A stretch of 64,000 bases of DNA, from positions 288,001-352,000 of the forward strand of contig CAWIGG010000004.1 of assembly GCA_963835575.1 (NCBI GenBank), in the 5' to 3' direction. A program made the translations under genes and the position numbers. Shown piece after piece: positions 61,211 to 64,000 of the stretch; within the stretch, counting starts at the first letter, position 1; every line of letters begins with the position of its first letter. The notes below the pieces were generated by a model. It did not search any database, was not told the origin of the DNA, and saw nothing but the letters and a program-made list of their open reading frames with translations. Origin of the DNA: an uncultured Spirochaetota bacterium. GTDB taxonomy: Bacteria; Spirochaetota; Brevinematia; Brevinematales; JAOACQ01.

Positions 61211-63229
61211 GCGGTTGGTCGTTTTTCCTTTTTCATTTTCATCGGCATTCTGCGGAATATTAATGGATTTAAAAAACAAAAAGCTGTTTCTGATAACCGA
61301 TTTATTTCCCTGGTTTTCTTCCCAGCTTATCCGGAAACCCAGAAAATTCTTTTTCCTTAAAAATATTGTGTTATTTGTGTCCATCTGCAGAGGCACTGTC
61401 ATGTTAATTTCCTTGCCGGCCGGTATCTCTTTAATCATATTATTTTTTTGAATATATTTCCCGGCATTGGGCAGATATTCAATCTTGAAATTATTCGCTT
61501 TTGTTGCCATGGTATTAACGATATCAAAGGAAATGAGAACCTCCTTTTTCTGTAAATCGATTTTTGAGACGTCTATCTGTATTTCCAGGGGAATAGCCTG
61601 GTAAAGCTGTTTAAATTCATAGACTATCTCGCCGACCCCAAGCATCCATTCATTCGGCGTATAAGGCCCCCTTCTTCCGAACATCAGTTTATACAGGTCA
61701 TTAATGACAATCCCGTTTGCGATTAAAGATCCGGAGCCGTTTTTAACCAGCTGCAGGTTAGCTCCCACATAATTTTCTATGGCGCTGATATCAAAGCCGT
61801 TGACATCCAGGTTCTGATAATCAAAATAATAGGATACGATCAGGCGGTTAATATAATGGGCTATCATGGGATTTTTGCTGATGTCATTCAATTCATCGAG
61901 GATTTTATCATAATTCATATTAAAATCAACAATAACAAAATCGACGCCCGCGGACAGCAAGACCGAAAGAATCGCCGGATTTTCCATCAGAAGACTATCG
62001 TTCAAGTAATAAAATATGGGTTTTTTATGACCGACCTTGTCAATAATATCCCGGATGTAATCGGCGATATAATAAAGTTTCCATAAAGCGAAACGGTTCA
62101 GATTATTTTTATCCTTCATTTTATCTTTAAAGAAAAGAAATTTGCCGTTAAAATCCATATCTGTCCAGTTGTTCGGGACACTGATCTGGCAGTCGCTGAA
62201 ATAATTGTCCATCAGCTCGGCCCCGTAATTCGTGGAAAGAAAAACGTCGGAAAATCCGACATACGACATATTATTATTTTCCATAAACGAAGACAGGAGT
62301 TTGATCAGGCTTTTTTTCCTGTTTTCATCAAGCGGGGATATGAACGAAGGGTCCTCGCCGTAATTATCCCCTTTAAAAAACAGTACCGGCTTATAGCCGA
62401 TCTTCTTCGCGTCAACGCCTTCGACTTTCAGGCCTCTGGCGTAAATCCCGAAATTTTTATTTCTCTTATTAACCTTATCCGCGAGTATGATGGATTCGCC
62501 GAGTTTATCCTTATCCCAGGGCGACTCCAGCGTTACATCCTCCTGAAATGTTTTTGTTATCCCGGCCAGCATAATAATACCGTCGGCCGAAACAAAATTG
62601 ACCCATTCAGGAATATAATTCCAATCAACCTCCTTGCCCTCAATTGAAAGAATATTCCGTTTGGAAATCCTTTCAAGAGAATCTATGCCCATGAACACCT
62701 GGCCTTTGTTTAAAATATACTTCGGGTTATTCTCATTGATGACAAAGCTGTTTTTCGCTGTAACCGGGGCCTCGGGGCTGTCTACGAAACCGGACGCGCT
62801 GACATCAACTTTCCCTTCAATTTCAGGGCTTTCCGGGAAATAATAACCGATCCAGGCTTTCTGCCCTGAAAAATAAGATAGACTGATCCTTTCATCCCCG
62901 TCTATATTTTTTATTCTTTTCCCATCCTGAAAAAATTCCACGCGGATAACGGAATTTTCAGGAATCTCCCGCCTTTTTTTCCCGGTGATCCTCGCGAAAA
63001 GCTTCACTTTTTCATATTTATTGTAAACTTTTTTATCTGTTTCAATTTTCAATTGATAATCCGTATTATTCTGTTCATCCAGACGGCCGGTTTCTTCCTC
63101 ATTCAATTCAAGGCCGAGAATATTTTTATTAATATAATGCCGGATAGGAGAATAAAATATATTTCCAGCGATGAGTAATAATACGATAATGATTAAAAAT
63201 ATAATGGATAAAGTCCTCAAAAATTTCAT
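61208..63229 (-). CDS. Large membrane-anchored hypothetical protein (Ig-like ends, possible barrel core)
   Basis: N-terminal TM; 'IETDKKVY...EKVKL.A' MG2/Ig-like motif; no recognisable catalytic motif. Confidence 0.7.
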   Translation of the reverse strand: MKFLRTLSIIFLIIIVLLLIAGNIFYSPIRHYINKNILGLELNEEETGRLDEQNNTDYQLKIETDKKVYNKYEKVKLFARITGKKRREIPENSVIRVEFFQDGKRIKNIDGDERISLSYFSGQKAWIGYYFPESPEIEGKVDVSASGFVDSPEAPVTAKNSFVINENNPKYILNKGQVFMGIDSLERISKRNILSIEGKEVDWNYIPEWVNFVSADGIIMLAGITKTFQEDVTLESPWDKDKLGESIILADKVNKRNKNFGIYARGLKVEGVDAKKIGYKPVLFFKGDNYGEDPSFISPLDENRKKSLIKLLSSFMENNNMSYVGFSDVFLSTNYGAELMDNYFSDCQISVPNNWTDMDFNGKFLFFKDKMKDKNNLNRFALWKLYYIADYIRDIIDKVGHKKPIFYYLNDSLLMENPAILSVLLSAGVDFVIVDFNMNYDKILDELNDISKNPMIAHYINRLIVSYYFDYQNLDVNGFDISAIENYVGANLQLVKNGSGSLIANGIVINDLYKLMFGRRGPYTPNEWMLGVGEIVYEFKQLYQAIPLEIQIDVSKIDLQKKEVLISFDIVNTMATKANNFKIEYLPNAGKYIQKNNMIKEIPAGKEINMTVPLQMDTNNTIFLRKKNFLGFRISWEENQGNKSVIRNSFLFFKSINIPQNADENEKGKTTNR

Positions 63230-63239
63230 TTTACGCTCC

Positions 63240-63434
63240 TTACTTTTTTTCCAGCAGCGATTTCACCGGCAGGTAGGAAATGATCCCCAATATCATCCCC
63301 AAAACAAAGGACAAAGGGAACAATGTCAGCATTTTGTCCGGATAGATCCTGAAAAACAAAATGACAAAAAGCGTTGCTATTAAAAAAGAAATACCGGTCT
63401 GGATCATCAGTATAAAAAAGAGCCGTTTGCCCAT
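63240..63434 (-). CDS. Small two-TM membrane protein
   Basis: GGGAGG RBS, two hydrophobic segments, directly upstream of the 61208-63229 gene. Confidence 0.6.
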   Translation of the reverse strand: MGKRLFFILMIQTGISFLIATLFVILFFRIYPDKMLTLFPLSFVLGMILGIISYLPVKSLLEKK

Positions 63435-63824
63435 AGGAGCCTCCCACTGGAATTATTTTAAAGTATTATAAGACAAAGACCAAAAAAAATAAAGGAACGG
63501 GACAGAATGGTATTCATTGGACTTTAAATTAAACAGAAATTAATTAAACCTTCATATTAAATTAATTTAAGCATCTTATCCTTTAAGCAGATAATTTTTC
63601 ATCTCTTGTTTTCATATATTCATTCACAACCTCTCCCCTTTCTATTAAGTCCTGGTCCTCTCTCTCGGGCCGGGACTGTCTTTTTTTGAGGCCGGATCGG
63701 GCGATTTCTTCAACATTCATATAAGGTTAAGCCAATTAATCTAAAATTAATATAAAATTTACCGGATTTTAATATTCATTCCTTAATATACTGTGTTTTA
63801 TATCATGATAAGGAGATTTATATT

Positions 63825-64000
63825 ATGGTAAAGATCGATATGCATGTTCATTCAAGCCATTCCAAACATCCCTCAGAATGGTTCCTTCAAAGGCTGGGAG
63901 CGGCCGAGTCTTATACAGACCCTGAAGTTGTCTATTCAAAAGCGAAAGAAAATAACATGAGTTTTGTCACTCTTACAGATCATAATACAATTGACGGGGC
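63825..64000 (+). CDS. PHP-domain protein, 5' part (runs off window)
   Basis: AAGGAG RBS; MVKIDMHVHS...ESYT.P...VTLTDHNTIDG PHP motifs. Confidence 0.88.
   Translation, partial: MVKIDMHVHSSHSKHPSEWFLQRLGAAESYTDPEVVYSKAKENNMSFVTLTDHNTIDG

Overview
Bacterial chromosome segment. Gene content and spirochete-type lipoprotein signal peptides suggest a free-living Spirochaetota; this is an inference. The housekeeping backbone is metG (3' part), rny, a fliP-fliQ-fliR-flhB-flhA-flhF-flhG flagellar export operon, dinG, ftsK, eno, lspA, thrC, lysC, tmk, dxr and a sigma28-driven flgJ-like gene. Accessory content includes a GT-wzx-GT polysaccharide locus, a decayed lipoprotein pseudogene and an AT-rich Ser/Thr kinase bracketed by inverted repeats. 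There is also a fluoride-riboswitch operon (DUF6062-like, cation:proton antiporter, USP, truncated dynamin-like GTPase), an lhr helicase split by an IS1182-family element, a half-deleted DUF4160/DUF2442 TA pair and a type III R-M system. The best candidate for a novel system is a co-oriented cluster at 54.5-60.4 kb: an AfsA/ScbA-like hotdog synthase fused to PilZ, a divergent IspH-fold Fe-S protein, a Cache-domain lipoprotein and a hybrid sensor kinase. This looks like a possible butyrolactone/butenolide-type signal synthesis and sensing module. At least three families of unannotated, structured intergenic repeats are present, one with compensatory changes suggestive of a ncRNA or non-autonomous mobile element. 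All calls come from reading the sequence and motifs by eye; no database searches were run.
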